Positions 26,721 through 40,670 of a DNA stretch of 64,000 bases are shown here, in pieces; positions within the stretch are counted from its first letter, which is position 1; every line of letters begins with the position of its first letter. The notes beneath the pieces are model-generated. The model made no database searches and was not told the origin of the DNA. It saw only the letters and a list, made by a program, of their open reading frames with translations. The stretch spans positions 336,773-400,772 of the forward strand of contig MU054122.1 in assembly GCA_013239625.1 (NCBI GenBank), in the 5' to 3' direction. Position numbers and translations under genes: made by a program. This stretch comes from Lama guanicoe (taxonomy: Eukaryota).

Positions 26721-29700
26721 TCTAGATCAAGGCTCTGACCCCAAAGGTCTTTAAGCAAATGCCTCCCATGTGCCTTTATCCCTTGAGTCCAACCACAGTC
26801 CAGTCTTGCCTTTGGAAATAGCCTGGTGTCTTGGTCTCTTGGAAAGCCACTTGCTCATGAAACAGGAAAACCCTGATTAGCCCTTTATCTTTCTGCCTCT
26901 GAATTCAAGTTCAAGAATCTACTCCCAGATCAGTTACTGTTGGGAAAAGAAAGAAGAAGGCAGTCCATCACAAGAAAGAGAGCTCACTGATAAAAGCAGA
27001 AGGGAGTCTTTCTTCCCCCAAATCTCTGCTGAAACTCAGAATTCGGCCCCTCAAAGAATTTGACCGCAGCTGCTCTAGCTTCTAATGCTACTGATCACAA
27101 AGGCCAGTCTCATCATACCTGCAATTTTCATTTTTCAAATGCTTATTGAGTGCCTCCTGTGTGATAGGCCATGTGCCTTCTTATTCCAAGAGACTCTTGC
27201 CAGGGCCTCTGTATCCAAATAGACCCACCCAACCCATGTGAAATTCTCCAATTTCGGATTCATGCTTTCCCAGTGAGGCATGGGGTCCTGAAGAGACCCC
27301 CAGTGGCCTGTGAGACAGGCCTGGTAAGTACCCCATATTCAGCAAGAATCCTGCAGAAACACCTCGGCGGAAATTAACATATGATCCTGTCGGCCAAGTG
27401 GTGGGTGGCTCAGCACAGGACCAGACGGGGCTGGTGTGGAAACAAAGAAGTCTGAGGGTGGGGAAGATGGGGCACAGGAACCAAGGAGAAGCAGTGAGCG
27501 GTCAGGCTTGGGCGAAGAGCTTTCCTGCAGAACCCGAAATGCCAGTGGGAAGCTAGAGGTGGTGGGCGACCCAAGGAGCACAGAGTGGTTGTGGAGAGGA
27601 AGGAAGGCTCCGAATGATCTATTTCACAATCCTTCCTCTAGATCAAGGGCACATCTTCCTGCCGCCTGGCGCCCGTGGAGGCAACACTGTGTACCTTCTG
27701 GGAGGTCTGTCTCAACAAAAGGCAGACCCAACAAGGGACGGAATCGTAAGGAAGGGTTTTCCCTACCCCTGTGAAACCTCCCTTTTCTCCTTGCACAAAG
27801 AAACAAGATCATTTTGTTTATCGTCAGAGTGTTTCGAGGCATTTTTTACTTCATTTTAAGCTCTGTTAATTTTTAATATTACTCCTACGAGTTTTCCTCA
27901 CTTACTTGCTGAGCAGCTCAATCTCTCTGAACGTCCATTTCTTTCAATCCAGTAACACAAACGCTCTAACGTGTATTCCATAGGCTGTTGTGGTGATAAC
28001 GTTAACAATACGAGTAAAGTGTAAATTGTAGCAGGTGCCACCTGCCTCCTGGTAGCTCAGCGCGACTCGCCAGCATCCCTGCCCCTCCCCTCTCATGCCC
28101 TGTCCCCCTCATTCAGCTGTCCTGATGACTGTTTTCTCCCTGTAGAGTCAGGAGTGCTTATAAATCCTAATACTTTCATTTATTCGTTCGTTCGACAGAA
28201 GTTTGCGATGTGACACTCAGTAAATGCTGGAAATAGAAACAGGTCGGTCAGCCCCTGCTTCCCCATAGCTCTCAGTCTACCCAGGAGATGGAGAAATAGA
28301 ATCCATTTTCTCAAGTGATGATGAGATAAGCCAAAGACACGTGGAGGGAGGAGGTCAGACAGCGGGAGGGAAGGCAGCTGGGAGGACTTCCCACGGAAAA
28401 GGGCAGCTGAGCTGGGTCTCCTGGGCAAAGCTAAGGAATCAAACAGGCAGACCAGGTTGTAGAAGCAACAGCAAGACCAAGGCACAGAAGGTGGAGCACA
28501 GGGCGCCTGCGAAGGCGCTCAGCGGGGCTGGAAGGCAGCAAGGAATGAGGGACGCAGATGGACAGCCCCAAGGCTGGCCTCATGGGAGTCAAGGGTGACA
28601 ACGATTCAGAGAAGAAAGGACCCGGTCAATCCGTAAGAGCAAGGAAGACAGGAATGGATAAGGGTTGGTTGGCTGTGTTGCTGATCATCTCAGCAAAAAG
28701 TGCCGGAGAGCTGCAGGGGCAGAAGTCAGTCTGCGGTCACTTGGGAAGCAAACTGCAGCTGAGCATAAACATTCTAGGTGGCTTCTGCGGCTTAAGCCGC
28801 ACCAAAGTCCCCACCACCTCCAGTCCTGCTGGGGGAGTTGTGGTTACAGCAGCACCTCAAACAGTTAAGCCCAGAGGTGCGCTGCTCTAGGCTCATGGCT
28901 GGTGTTTGCAGATACGCCCTTGGAGTCCATACTTCACACTCTGGGGTGCGTCTCCTGTGATTAGTTTATGACCCCTTCCACGTGTGTACAGCCAGTTTCC
29001 CCTTTAGTGTTGGACACCGCTACCACCACTAACCTCACTACTGATACCCCCACATCCTCCTGTGTCCTTGGTCCACTTTAATCTGAACCTCATCTTTCAC
29101 TGAGGCTTCGTTTAGCATCTTGTCCTTTGCTCTGTAGCAAAGTATCTATATTCCCCATCTGTATTCCTTATAACAGGCTTACACCAAACTCTTGCTCCAT
29201 GTGACCGGGGGCTTCCCCTTGTGGCGGGAAGTGGATGGACAGCACCACCTAGGGCCATTCACAAAGCCCCTTCCTTGGTTTTCCTCTAGTATGCAGGTGG
29301 GAAAGTCACAACATTTATCTTTCTAGATTTCCTTGCTGTCAGGCTGAGCGTGTGACAATTACGGGCAGGGACTTCCTTTCCAAGGATGAAGGTGAAACCT
29401 CGTTAGGAAAAAGCCCTTTCCCCTCTTCTTCCCAACTGCAGTGCTGACAGTGCGGCCGCCACGTGCAGACATGAGTACCAGAACCACAGGCCCGAGGACG
29501 GGGCAAAGCAGGGATGAAGGACGCTGGGACTCCGGTGGCACTGGGGAGCTGTGACTGTCTGGACTGCTTCCCCAGGACTTGTTGCTAAGTGAGGACCTGC
29601 TAAAGGCAGGCCTAGACAAATCACCCTTGTTCTGCGGGGCCCCTTGAGGATGGAGGGCCCCCAACCTCCCCGCTATGAACCACCTGTTGGCAGCACCACG

Positions 29701-30292
29701 TGTATACAATGAAAGTGCACGTTGCTACCCTGCTGCCTCTGGTACACCCACAGCTTGTGCCGAGAAGACCTTGCATCCGACAACCTTGAGGTCCAATTTG
29801 ACAAGTTCTGGATGCTCGACTTCTGGGCAAAAATCCCAGAAGGACCTAGAAACTTGCCTGGGTGAGAAAGCATACAGCTGCATGGGTCACACCTACAAAA
29901 GAAGGCTTCTCCTCCTCCCACACCCCATGAATAAAAAACTACTAAAGGAGGGGAGATTTTGGGGAGAAGCAAGGGAAGGGGACAGAATGACGGTCTAACA
30001 GGGAAGAGCAGAAAGGGTCATTTAATACAAATGCTTCATACATCAAATTGATGAAGGAGACACATCTCCGTCTGAAACAGACTGGGGAGCCACAGTGCCA
30101 TCTGACCCCCATCACCTTCCTCTAAGGAAGCCTGAGGCTCCTGGCATCTCAGGCCAAGTGGCCTCCTGAGTCCATTCCAGTGAAGACGTGGCTTTAACAG
30201 AATGACACGTAAATTACGCGAAAGCTCTGTGGTCCTTGCTCAGAAGACTGCATCCTGAGATGGAGGATAAAGAAAAGAAAGGTATATATTTT

Positions 30293-30447
30293 GTTTGTTT
30301 AATAATTTTCTTTTATTTTTTGGTTTTTTGTAGGGAGAGGTAATTAGGTTTATTTACTTATTTATTTATTAACAGAGGTACAGGGGATTGAACCCAGGGC
30401 CGGGTGCATGCTAAGTAAGCACTCTGTCACTGAACTATACCCTCCCC
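30293..30447 (-). mobile_element. tRNA-derived camelid-type SINE
   Basis: GGGGATTGAACCCAGGG...CACTGAACTATACCCTCCCC with a T-rich tail and a degenerate TSD (..TATATTTT). Confidence 0.88.
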
Positions 30448-31920
30448 TGGGGCGTATATTTTAAAGCACATCTATAACCTTTTCATAGAAGGGATGTCTT
30501 CATGGGGCTGTAGTAAAGGTGTTTTAAGCACATCACTTCAAGGTGTGACCAGAATAATGATACACTGATTGGAAAGCGGTCATTATAGTAAACAAGGACA
30601 GTTTAAAGGGGAGAGGGGATTGTAATTTAGATTTATTTGGATTTTGGACAATGATAGGCCACCCAAGCTACAACGAGGAAAGGATAAAGTAGAAAAACAG
30701 CAGAGCCCACCATAAAAACAAAGAAGAGTTCAGAAAGCCAGTGCCTAGTCCCTTTCTGTCGTAAAAACATCCCTGGAGGAAAAAGTTCTGGCCCAAGTCT
30801 TGAGTCTTACACCTGCCACCTGTGTGATGGATGATGTGGGGCAAATCATTTCAAAGTGCCTCGTTTTCTTCAGTTGTAAAACAGGAATGAACGCAGAAAA
30901 TGTGTATTCGGTTTCTACTGTGTATTTATTATTCCAGACACAGCTATCAATGAGACAGGCACCCCCCCCTCGCCGCCCACGTGGAGCTTACTTCTGCAGA
31001 AGAGATGGACAAAAGCGACTGAAGTAATGTGTATGTAATGTGAGGTGGCCCAAGGACAATACGGCTGGGACAAAGTGATGGGACGATGGGGTTTGAAGGG
31101 GAGACTTCAGTGGTCAGTGGGGGAAACAGGCTTTCTCAGGTGAGCTGGCAACTTGGAGAAAGGTCTCAATGACAGGAAGGAACAGGACGGGTGGATGTCT
31201 GGGGCTGAGTGCTGGGGAGCAATGGTCCAGGCAGAGGATACAGTCAGAGAAAAGGCACCAGAGCACAGCGTGTTCTAGAAAGAGCCAGGTGTTCCGTGTG
31301 GCTGGAGCACAGTGAGCCAGGAAGAGACTTGAAAGGGATTAGGTCAGAGAGGCAGTGGGGTCAGATTTTATGACTCATAAACCACTGGAAGGACTTTGGC
31401 TTTTGTTCTGAGCGGGATGGGGAGTTACGAGAAGAGAATGGCATGATGGGGTTTATGCGAAAGGATCTTATGCTGAAAGGACAACTCAGCTCATCCTTTG
31501 CAGACTCTGCTCCTCCGAAGGGCACCGAGTGGCTCAGAGGCAATGACAACAGTCCGGAGAGATGGGTGGATGTGGGCCTCTTCCTCCCCACCAGCTCCCT
31601 AAGACTTACGTAATGCACATAAGCCTCCATTTCAAAACAGCATGTGCATCTCGGGCTTACTATTATTGTTAGTTTATGACCTTTGTGCTAAAAAATATGC
31701 TAGCAGGAAAAAATGCAGCCAACAAATTTTTTGTAGGATGAGCTCATTAAAAAAAAACAAATGATGGAGACGCACTTTTTAGCTGGTTAAAGAATGGACA
31801 TCAGATGGGTGTCAAATTTGGAGCCTGCTTACTGGCCCAAGGGAATAGATGTCTGAGATCACTGGCAGGTCGCGTCCCAGCTTTTCTGGCTTCTTTGTAT
31901 GATTCAAGAAACTAATGAAC

Positions 31921-32268
31921 TTTTGCCATTTGCAGCAGCGTGGATGGACTTGGAGGGCATTATGCTAAGTGAAATAAGTCAGACAGGGGAAGACAAATAC
32001 TGTATGATATCACTTATATGAAGAATCTAAAAACTACAAGAAACTAGTGACTGTAACAACAAAAAAGAAGCAGGCTCACAGTTATAGAGAAGAAACTAGT
32101 GGTTATCCGTGGAGCAGGTGGGCAATAGGCTACAAGGATATATTGTACAACACGAGGAATATAGCAAATATTTTATAATAACTAAAAGTTGTGAGTCACT
32201 ATACTATATACCTGCAAGCTATATAATACTATGTATCAACTATACTTCAATAAAAATAAAATTTAAAA
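31921..32268 (+). mobile_element. Older LINE-1 3' end with internal deletions
   Basis: TTTTGCCATTTGCAGCAGCGTGGATGGACTTGGAGGGCATTATGCTAAGTGAAATAAGTCAGACAG...CAACTATACTTCAATAAAA. Confidence 0.85.
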
Positions 32269-33339
32269 AACTAACAAAAATTCTACATCTGAGAAAAATA
32301 ATAATAAAGAGGTTCTCTACCTTTCCTCTATGATATAGAAATAACCACATTTCTACATCAACTTATTAAACATACATACAGAGAGAGAGAAAACCTTGCT
32401 TTAATAATTGTTGAATACCAATAACCAAAAAAAAAAATCACAGGGCATCATTAACTTGTTTGTAAGGGTGAAGATTTAAGATACAGCTTTCATTTACCAA
32501 AAAATAAGACACAACTTTAATATTCAACTATTAATAATTGAAGAAATTCAAGTTAAAACAAAGATACCATTTTCACCCATTAAACTTACAAAAATAAAAA
32601 CATAATACTTCATGTAGGAAAGGTCTGCTATAACAAGATTTTTTACAGGAGTAGGAGTCTAAGTTGGCACAATTTTTCTAGAATTGACAAAACATCAATA
32701 TGTATCAAAGATTTAAAATTGTTAATATCTGCTGACAGGGATTATCCTTCTAAAATCAATCCTAAGGAAAAAAGCCGGGAAGAAAGATGACCGCGGCCTA
32801 GCGGAGGCCGGGTGAAGGCAGTCAGAATGACAACAGATTTTCCAAGGACAATACTGGAAACTAGAAGACAACTGAGCAAAACCTTTAAAATTCTGACTGA
32901 AAGTGATTTCCAATCTAGAATTCTAGTCTTAGATTAACTTTCACGAAATGGTGGGCGGAATTAAAACGTTTTCTGACTTGCAGAGTCTCAAAGAATTTGT
33001 CTTCCGTGAACCCTTTCTGAGGAAGCTGCTGGAGGAGGTAGCCATCAAAATGAGGGAATTTACAAAAGAAAAGTTTGAGATTCAGGAGACAGGGACCCTA
33101 GTTTAAGGGAGCAACCAAGAGAATTCTCAGAATGATGCTGAAATGAAATTCCAGTATGGCAACGAGGCAGCAGGCTGAGAGGGGTCAGTCTTGTTCGGAG
33201 CATGACAGCAGGCGGCTCCAAAAGGGGTATTTTCTACAAAAACAAACTGCAGTGATAGATCATCTGATCATTGGGCTACTTTGGTGAGATTTTACAGCTC
33301 CTTTGGAGAATGTGGATTTTTCCATTATTGCTGAAATTT

Positions 33340-33960
33340 GAAAGTGACCATGATCGCCTTCAGTAGGGAGTGAATTAATAAACTGTGGTACATTTGACAG
33401 TGGAATATTACCCAGTGCTAAAAAGAAATGAGCTATCAAGCCACAAAAAGACATGAAGGAGCCTTAAATGCATGTTCCTAAGAGAAAGAAGACAATCTGA
33501 AAAGGCTGTATGGTATGATTCCAACTCTATGACATTCTGGAAAAGGCAAAACTATGCAGACAGTAAAAGGATCAGTGGTTGAGGGGGGTTGGGGAGGAGG
33601 GAGGGATGAACAGGCAGAGCACAAACGACTTTTAGGGCACTGGAAACACACTGTACGAGACCATAATGATGGACACATTCATTATACATTTGCCCAAACC
33701 CACAGAATGTGCAACACCGAGCATGAACCCTAATGTGAACTATGGACTCTGAGTTAAGTATGACATGTCAATGTGGGTTCATCGATTGTAACAAATGTAC
33801 CACCTGGGGGGGAATGCTGACAATGAGGGAGGTTGCGTGTGTGTGTGTGTGTGTGCGCACGCGTGTGTGTGTGTGCATGTACTGTGCAAGGGGAAAGGGG
33901 CATATGGGAATCTCCGTATCTTCCTCTCAGTTTTGCCATGAATCTAAACTGCTCTAAAGA
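33340..33960 (+). mobile_element. L1MB/L1MC-type 3' end
   Basis: AATAAACTGTGGTACAT...ATGACATTCTGGAAAAGGCAAAACTATG...GTGGGTTCATCGATTGTAACAAATGTACCAC. Confidence 0.75.
33834..33882. repeat. Interrupted (TG)n alternating purine-pyrimidine tract
   Basis: TGCGTGTGTG...GCGCACGCGTGTGTG...GCATGTAC. Confidence 0.9.
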
Positions 33961-34767
33961 AAGAAAGAAAGACTTAAAACACACACAAGGAGAATAAAAG
34001 GGAAATGTAATCACAGTCCAGTATAAAGCTCAGTTGTAAAGAATATTTACAAACTCATGATAATATAAACTAAATACAGAACTAACTTAAACATTGATTA
34101 AACTGTACTGGGAAACGGGGGAATGAGATGTGAGGTGTGTGTCTGTCCTTCTGTCTTTTGGTGAGGAGGATGGAAAGTAAGAGGAATAAATCTATTTCTG
34201 CCATAAATAGACTTCAACGACAACTAAACTTAAAAATTCAATTATGAAATGAAATGAAATAAACTTTATACATTAATTAAATTTCAAAACTCAAGAAGCA
34301 GAAGTAGGGGCACATTATAGAGAAATACGGAGGTAAATATAAGAAATATAGCTAATGGTGTTGGAAGTTATTGCCACAGGGCGAGGTAGGGAACACGAGG
34401 CAGAGACTTGCTAATTTTCATTATGTCATTTAGTATTGATAGATGAAGTATATATAAATAGCACTTAATAGATGCCAGGCACGAACACTAGTTTAAACCA
34501 CATATATACATCTCTCCCAGCAAGCCAGGAAGAAAGCCTTCACCAGAACCTGACCATGCTGGCCTCTGATCTTGGACTTCCAGCCTCCAAAACTGAAAAA
34601 TAAATTTCTGCTGTTTAAGCCCCAGATCCATGATATTTTGGTATGGCAGCCTGAGCTGCCTCAGATTGATGGGCTGATGAAAGAGGAGAATTTAGGTTCA
34701 TCTGACTTCCCCCTGCCTCTTTAGCACTTTTATCTCTTTTGGCTCAAAATAATCCATCACACATGTA

Positions 34768-34794
34768 TACACACACACACACACACACACACAC
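34768..34794. repeat. (CA)n microsatellite
   Basis: Perfect CA run. Confidence 0.9.
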
Positions 34795-36599
34795 CATCCA
34801 GAACTCAAATGCTGAGCCCCTGGTGGCAGGTAAGGTACCCACACAGTGCAGATACCTGCTCAACCAGGTCGCCACCTGGACAGGTAGTCCCTGGGAGACA
34901 AGGCAGGAGGCAGGGGCCATGGCTCTCCTACTTCTTGAATAACAGGTATGGCCATCCTGGCTGAACGTCAGCTCTGCCTTACACTAGCCTGAGTCCGCTC
35001 TCCAAATTACAAGGCTTATTACATCGCCCCTCCTGAAAACCCACTAGTGGGTCCCCCCAGCCTGGGAGATAACACCTGAGTTATTTAACTAAGAGTACCC
35101 CTCTGTCGTCTAGCGCCTGTCCACCAATCCCCCGCTCACGCCCCAGGGTCCAGAGGCCCTGAAAGAGTTTCAGCTTCACAAACACATCTTGTTTGTACAT
35201 CCCCATGCCTTCCACGTATCACAAATGTCTTCTTCCCTCTTGGCCTGCTCGTGGAATTTCTACTTCGGCCTCAAGGCTCAATGCCAGCATCTTCACTGTC
35301 TAACCTCCCCTGGGCTGCCACACTAGCCTGGACATACTTCCATGATAGCACTTACACTGGACGGTCAGTATGGGTGCCTGCCACTCCCACTAGGCTAAGG
35401 ATTCCTTGAGAACAGTGATCGGTGCCTGTTCAGGGTGTTCGCAGATCCGGCTCCCCAGAGTGAGGCCTCAGAAAACAAGTGGAATTTGACGACTGATGTG
35501 TTTTGCTGCAAACACTGAGCTGATCTTAGCAACTGCTCCCGAAGGAAAGAAGGCTGTTTTTACCCACATCCAATTAGGTACCACCTGCATATCCACCCTC
35601 CCGGCACCCAGGTCTGAGATAAGAGCAGAGGTTTCCTGTAGCATGAATATCTACTGAATGGATGAATGAAGCCATTTAATAACCTCTGACTGTGTGCAGG
35701 ATCAGTCACTGCTGGGAGGAACAGTTTCAAAAGAAATGCATCTTTTTTCGAGTGAGTCAGGACAGAATCGTTTGGATACAAATTCATTCTTAGGAGACTT
35801 GCTTTTAATAAAATTCATGGTGAGGGTGGTTGTGTGTGGGGGGGTGTTCTTTGGATCTTCCTCCATGCAGAGGACCACCGCACAAACATGAACTATGGGA
35901 TGGGGAGAAAGGAGAACCTGTGTTTATGACCGCAGGGCAGACACACACACACAGAGGCATTAAATAAAGCTGGGCGTAAGTAAGCTGCCTGCGTTGGTTA
36001 GTTCCAACCTGGGGAAAGTAAATCACCCGGGCTCCGTGCACTCTCTCTGGCCTGGTGTGTGGTTTTCCTTGTGAGCTAAGAGGGCTGCTTTCTGAAGGTG
36101 GGCACCAGCCGGCAGCTTCAGCCCTCCAGCCGGGCATAGACTTTCTGCCCACCCACACAGACCAGGGCAGCTCTAATCTCCCATCCAGCGAGATGGTAAG
36201 GACTCCACACAGGAAGCTCTCAGGAGAGGGGCGGGGTTCTTTTCAAGAACGGTCTGGAGCCTGGGTTTAGCATCCTGAGCTCAGGGATGCGCCCACCCCT
36301 GCCCCCACTCCAGCTGTGGAAACCCCACCCTCCACACTTGGTCTACTCCGCATCCTCCTTCATCAAGTCTGCCTCTGTGGTCCGAAGGGATTCAGTGGTC
36401 CGCTCTGGGCCAGTCCCCTGCCTCCCAGGCTCTCATCCTCACATGTCCTCGAGGTCCTGCATCCCCACAATTCTCAGTCATTCATGGCCACTACCCTAAA
36501 TGTCCAGAAAGATCACCCTGCCTTCAACATGGAACACAGTGCGACCTACCTCTGGAGCACAGCCTCACAAGTCAGGCATCTGCCCCTCTGCGCCTGGGA

Positions 36600-36755
36600 C
36601 AAGTGACTAAACTCTCTGGTCTCAGTGTCTCCATCTGTAAAGTGGGGACACTAATAGTCTTAACATACAGAAGAGTGTCCCTGAGAGAATTAAATGAAGT
36701 CATACAAATAAGGGCTGCTAAGTCCAGCACCTGGGAACAGCTCAATAATTGCTGT
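36600..36755. mobile_element. MIR SINE
   Basis: Core CTCTCTGGTCTCAGTGTCTCCATCTGTAAAGTGGGGACACTAATAG...GAGAATTAAATGA. Confidence 0.75.
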
Positions 36756-37319
36756 TCTATTAAAAAAAAAATCTTTGATTTTGTTGAACTTAATACAATA
36801 CCCTGGGATTCATAGGTACTCACATCCGGATGACTGATTATTCTCTATCTTAAATCAACTGCATTTCAAACCTGACTCAGACTGTGTAGAAAACAGGAAA
36901 AAATGCAGGAAATCTGAGTGGTCATGGCGAACTTCGTGGAGGGGTTGGAGTTTTTTTTTAATTTTATTTTTTCATTTTTATACAATTTTAAAGGTGACAC
37001 TCCGTTTACAATTATTACAAAATATTGGCTCTATTCTCCGTGCTGTATAATACGTCCTGGAACCTGTCTTACACCCAACAGTCTGTTCCTCTTACTCTGC
37101 CACCACCCATGGGGAACCCTGCACATTTGTCTCGCTCTCAGCTGAGCATGTTGTGGATATGTAGATTACCTAAAAAGACTTTTTAAAGTTGGCAGTCTTT
37201 AGAAATACTTCAATCCTCTGCCCGTTCCAACCGCACAACATTATTTCTATGCATAAGCTTCCTGTGCTTAAAACCCACCCACACAGAAGCACAAATACTA
37301 TAAAGCTTCTGCACAGAGT

Positions 37320-37900
37320 GCAACACCGCGGGTGAAAACATGTATTTTCTCATAAAGTTTCCTGAATATAGAAAGTTGAAGGGCACAACTTAATGATATT
37401 TAGTAATTTATAGATTTACACAACCATCACCACAATCCAGTTTTAGAATGTCTCCACCACCCCCTGAAAGATTAGGTGCAAAGGTACCTAATTTCTACCT
37501 GACTTCCCATCCCAGGCAACCACTGATCTGCTTGGATCTCTGTCTCATACAGTAGGTTGTGTCTGGCTTCTTCCTCTTAGCGTAATGCTTTTGAGGTTCA
37601 TTCATGCTGCAGCATGTATTTGCATTTCATTCCTTTTTATTGCTGAACAGTATTTCGTGTACAGATACACGTGTGTTTTATCTTTTCACCAGTTGATGGG
37701 CGTGTGGATTGTTTCCACTGTCTGGCTCCTACGAATAATGTTGCTCTAAACATTCACATACAAGACATTTGTGTGGGCATCTGTTTTTATTGATCTTGGG
37801 GAGATACCCAGGAGTCGAATTCCTGGATCATACGACAAATCTCTGTTGAACTTTCTAAGAAACTGTCAAACCCTTTTCCAAAGTAGTAGCATTCAGACTT
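37320..37900 (-). mobile_element. L1MB/L1MC-type fragment
   Basis: CAACCATCACCACAATCCAGTTTTAGAA...CCCAGGCAACCACTGATCTGC...AAGAAACTGTCAAACCCTTTTCCAAAGT. Confidence 0.75.
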
Positions 37901-40189
37901 CCACTGATGGCTGATCTAGTGCCAGCAGCTTCTAAGTCTCACCTCCCACCAGCGTCTGTTGCCTCCAGCACAATAACCGCGCTGACTCCACCAAGACAGC
38001 GGGGGGGGGGGAGGTGAATTGGGACGCAGAGCGATCACTCTGTGGCCTGCTGAGGCCCATCCCCCAGGGGAAATGGTTAATTAGAACACTGACGGCATCA
38101 AATATATCTGCAGCTGTTCCTGCCTGTGCTTCTGTGCTAAAGATCCCGACCTCCAGGGCTTCAGAGGGACTCACCTCTGGCACGCAGGAGCTAAAATGCA
38201 AATGTTAACCAGCACTAAGTGCTCTATCTTTTTGCGTCCTAAAGATCCAAAAACAAAAGCTAAACTAAAAAAAAAAAAAAAAAACCCCAATAAAAACCGT
38301 AATGCACTCTTAAAGGTCATCAACAAAGATAATGCATCTTCCTGAATGCCCCAGCATTTCTACACGTCACAGCCTGATTCCACCCTAGAAAAGGAAACCT
38401 CACAAATTCTGCTACTAAAGAGAAGCCCAAGGGCGAAAACTCAAATCCTGACAATTGAGATGAAGACTCTTTAGACAAGAAAGCTTATAAATATCACCTA
38501 AATATGATTGGGGGTGGGGGGTTGATGGGGGATACACTCCACAATGTAGATCCTTGGAGCTACTGATCTAGCTAATACATTTTATTCGGTCCCTGTTTCT
38601 CCAGCACCATAACCACACTTTGCATCCACCTATGAGATGTCCCAATACACCCTCATTAAGTTACCTATTGAGTATATCAATATCCTCACCATTTATTTTT
38701 GCAGACAGAGCCTTCGTGGGTTTGCTTTGTTCTCAAGCACTCAGCTACGACCTTACACTGACAACGTTGTACCGAGGGAAGAAACTCATGAAGCTGTTGC
38801 TCAGGACATTCAAACTGTGGTCCAGGTGCTGACTAACCAGAGTTGGGTCACCCCAAAAAGATCCAAGACTCCACCACCTCAGTTTAATCTGGGAGCATCA
38901 TTTGGTCTCCAGAAGGCTGCTCCAACCATCTCCCATCAATTACCCTACTTCCCGCCCTCTCCAACAAGCCCAACATCTACTCACTTCTTTGGCTTCTAGA
39001 AAAGCGTATCTCCCATCTACACATTTCATTAAGATCTATTAAGGCATTCACAAGAAAATCAGCTCAATCAGAATGGAGGTCACCCCAACAGCAGGACCTT
39101 GAGGCCACTCAAAAAGCCAGCCAGATAACAATGCCACCAGTGGCACCTGGTGGTTTCTTTACTGCAAAAACCCTACCCACTCATTCTCATGCTTTCTGTA
39201 GTGTCCTTGTTCAAGAAAGGTGGCCCCTCACCTGGCCCCGGAGGCCAGTTGGAAGGTCTCCTGAATCCTCTCTGGGGTCCCTCTTCTCAGTCCAGATATA
39301 ATAGGGAATTCATGCCTGCATTTATAAAACCCCAATAGAATTCCCCTTTCCAGTTAACTCCCCATTCTGCCATCCCTTCTGAAAACTGGAGCCCAGATTG
39401 GGGTAGATAAAATGATGTGACCCACTGGAAATGAGGGACCCACCCCCCTAAACAGGCTATTCTATTTCTAAGAAAGCTGTCTGCCTAAGCCTGCTGTCCT
39501 CTCCCACCCCTAATATGACAATTTTTAAAGGCTGGTTAACTAGAGGTCCCTCTTTGTAGGAAAAAGAAGTCTTCATGCCTTCTTTTAAATGTAACTGTGG
39601 GTCCCATCACAATCTTCTGTATAACAGACCTACGTTTAGGTATTCTCAGCTGTATAACAGTCAGTCCTCGTGTGCATCTTTCCACGAGGAAAAGGAAGAT
39701 CTTAAATTAGTCCCCAGCATCAACATTCTTCAATAGGATGTCAGCTCTGGCCCCACTGTTTATGACAGTTTGGAAGAGGGATGGCTACAGGATTCCAGAT
39801 GGCAAAGTTCATGGCTTTCATAATAAGAAAAAAAAAAGAAATTACTCTCTGTCCCCTGAAGCCAAAGAGATACTGATTTTTAGTCACTCTTGTGATAATT
39901 CCTCAAATGTAAGTTGCCTCAAGGTCTTAGTGTCACCCGTGGACTCCTAAGGAATCTACAAAACCCCTGTGCACATACCACCTCTCTCTCTGTTCCAGAC
40001 CTTTTCCTGGAGAGCATCCTCCCCTCCTCCCACCTCAGGACTTCCCAGTCTGCGTAATAAACCTTTCTTTGATTACACCAAGCACTAATGTCATGAACTT
40101 CAGTAGTAGAATCCAGTCTCCAGAGGGAGCTGCCCCACGTCATGGCAGAATTACTAGAAAAGCCATTGTGAAAGGTGTGAAGTAGAGAT

Positions 40190-40670
40190 CTCATTTAGCT
40201 TTTGATCTGTATTTCCTTAATGACTAACTGGACATTTATATCATCTGTATACCTTCTTTGATGAAATGTCTATTCAAATCTTCTGCCCATTTCTAAACTG
40301 AGTTGTCTTCTTGCTATTGAATTGAAAGAGCTCTTCATATATTCTGCATACAAATCTTTCATTGGATATATGATTTACATATATTTTCCCCTAATCTGTG
40401 GCTTATTTTTTCATATCCTTAGCAGTGTAGGTAGAAGTACAAAAGCTTTTAACTTTTTAAAAATATAATTTATCCATTTTTTTTCCCTCTGTTGGTGTTG
40501 TATCTAAGAACTCTTTACCTGATCCAAGGTCATGAAAATGTTCTGTTTGCTTCTAGAAGGTTTATGGTTTTAGCTCTTAAGTCTATGATCCATGTTGAGT
40601 TATTTTTTGTGTGTATCATGTGAGGTAAGAGTCTAAATTCATCTTTTTGCATGTAGCCATCCAATGGCAT
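40190..40670 (-). mobile_element. L1M ORF2 fragment
   Basis: TATTTCCTTAATGACTAA...GAAATGTCTATTCAAATCTTCTGCCCATTT...GTCTATGATCCATGTTGAGTT. Confidence 0.75.
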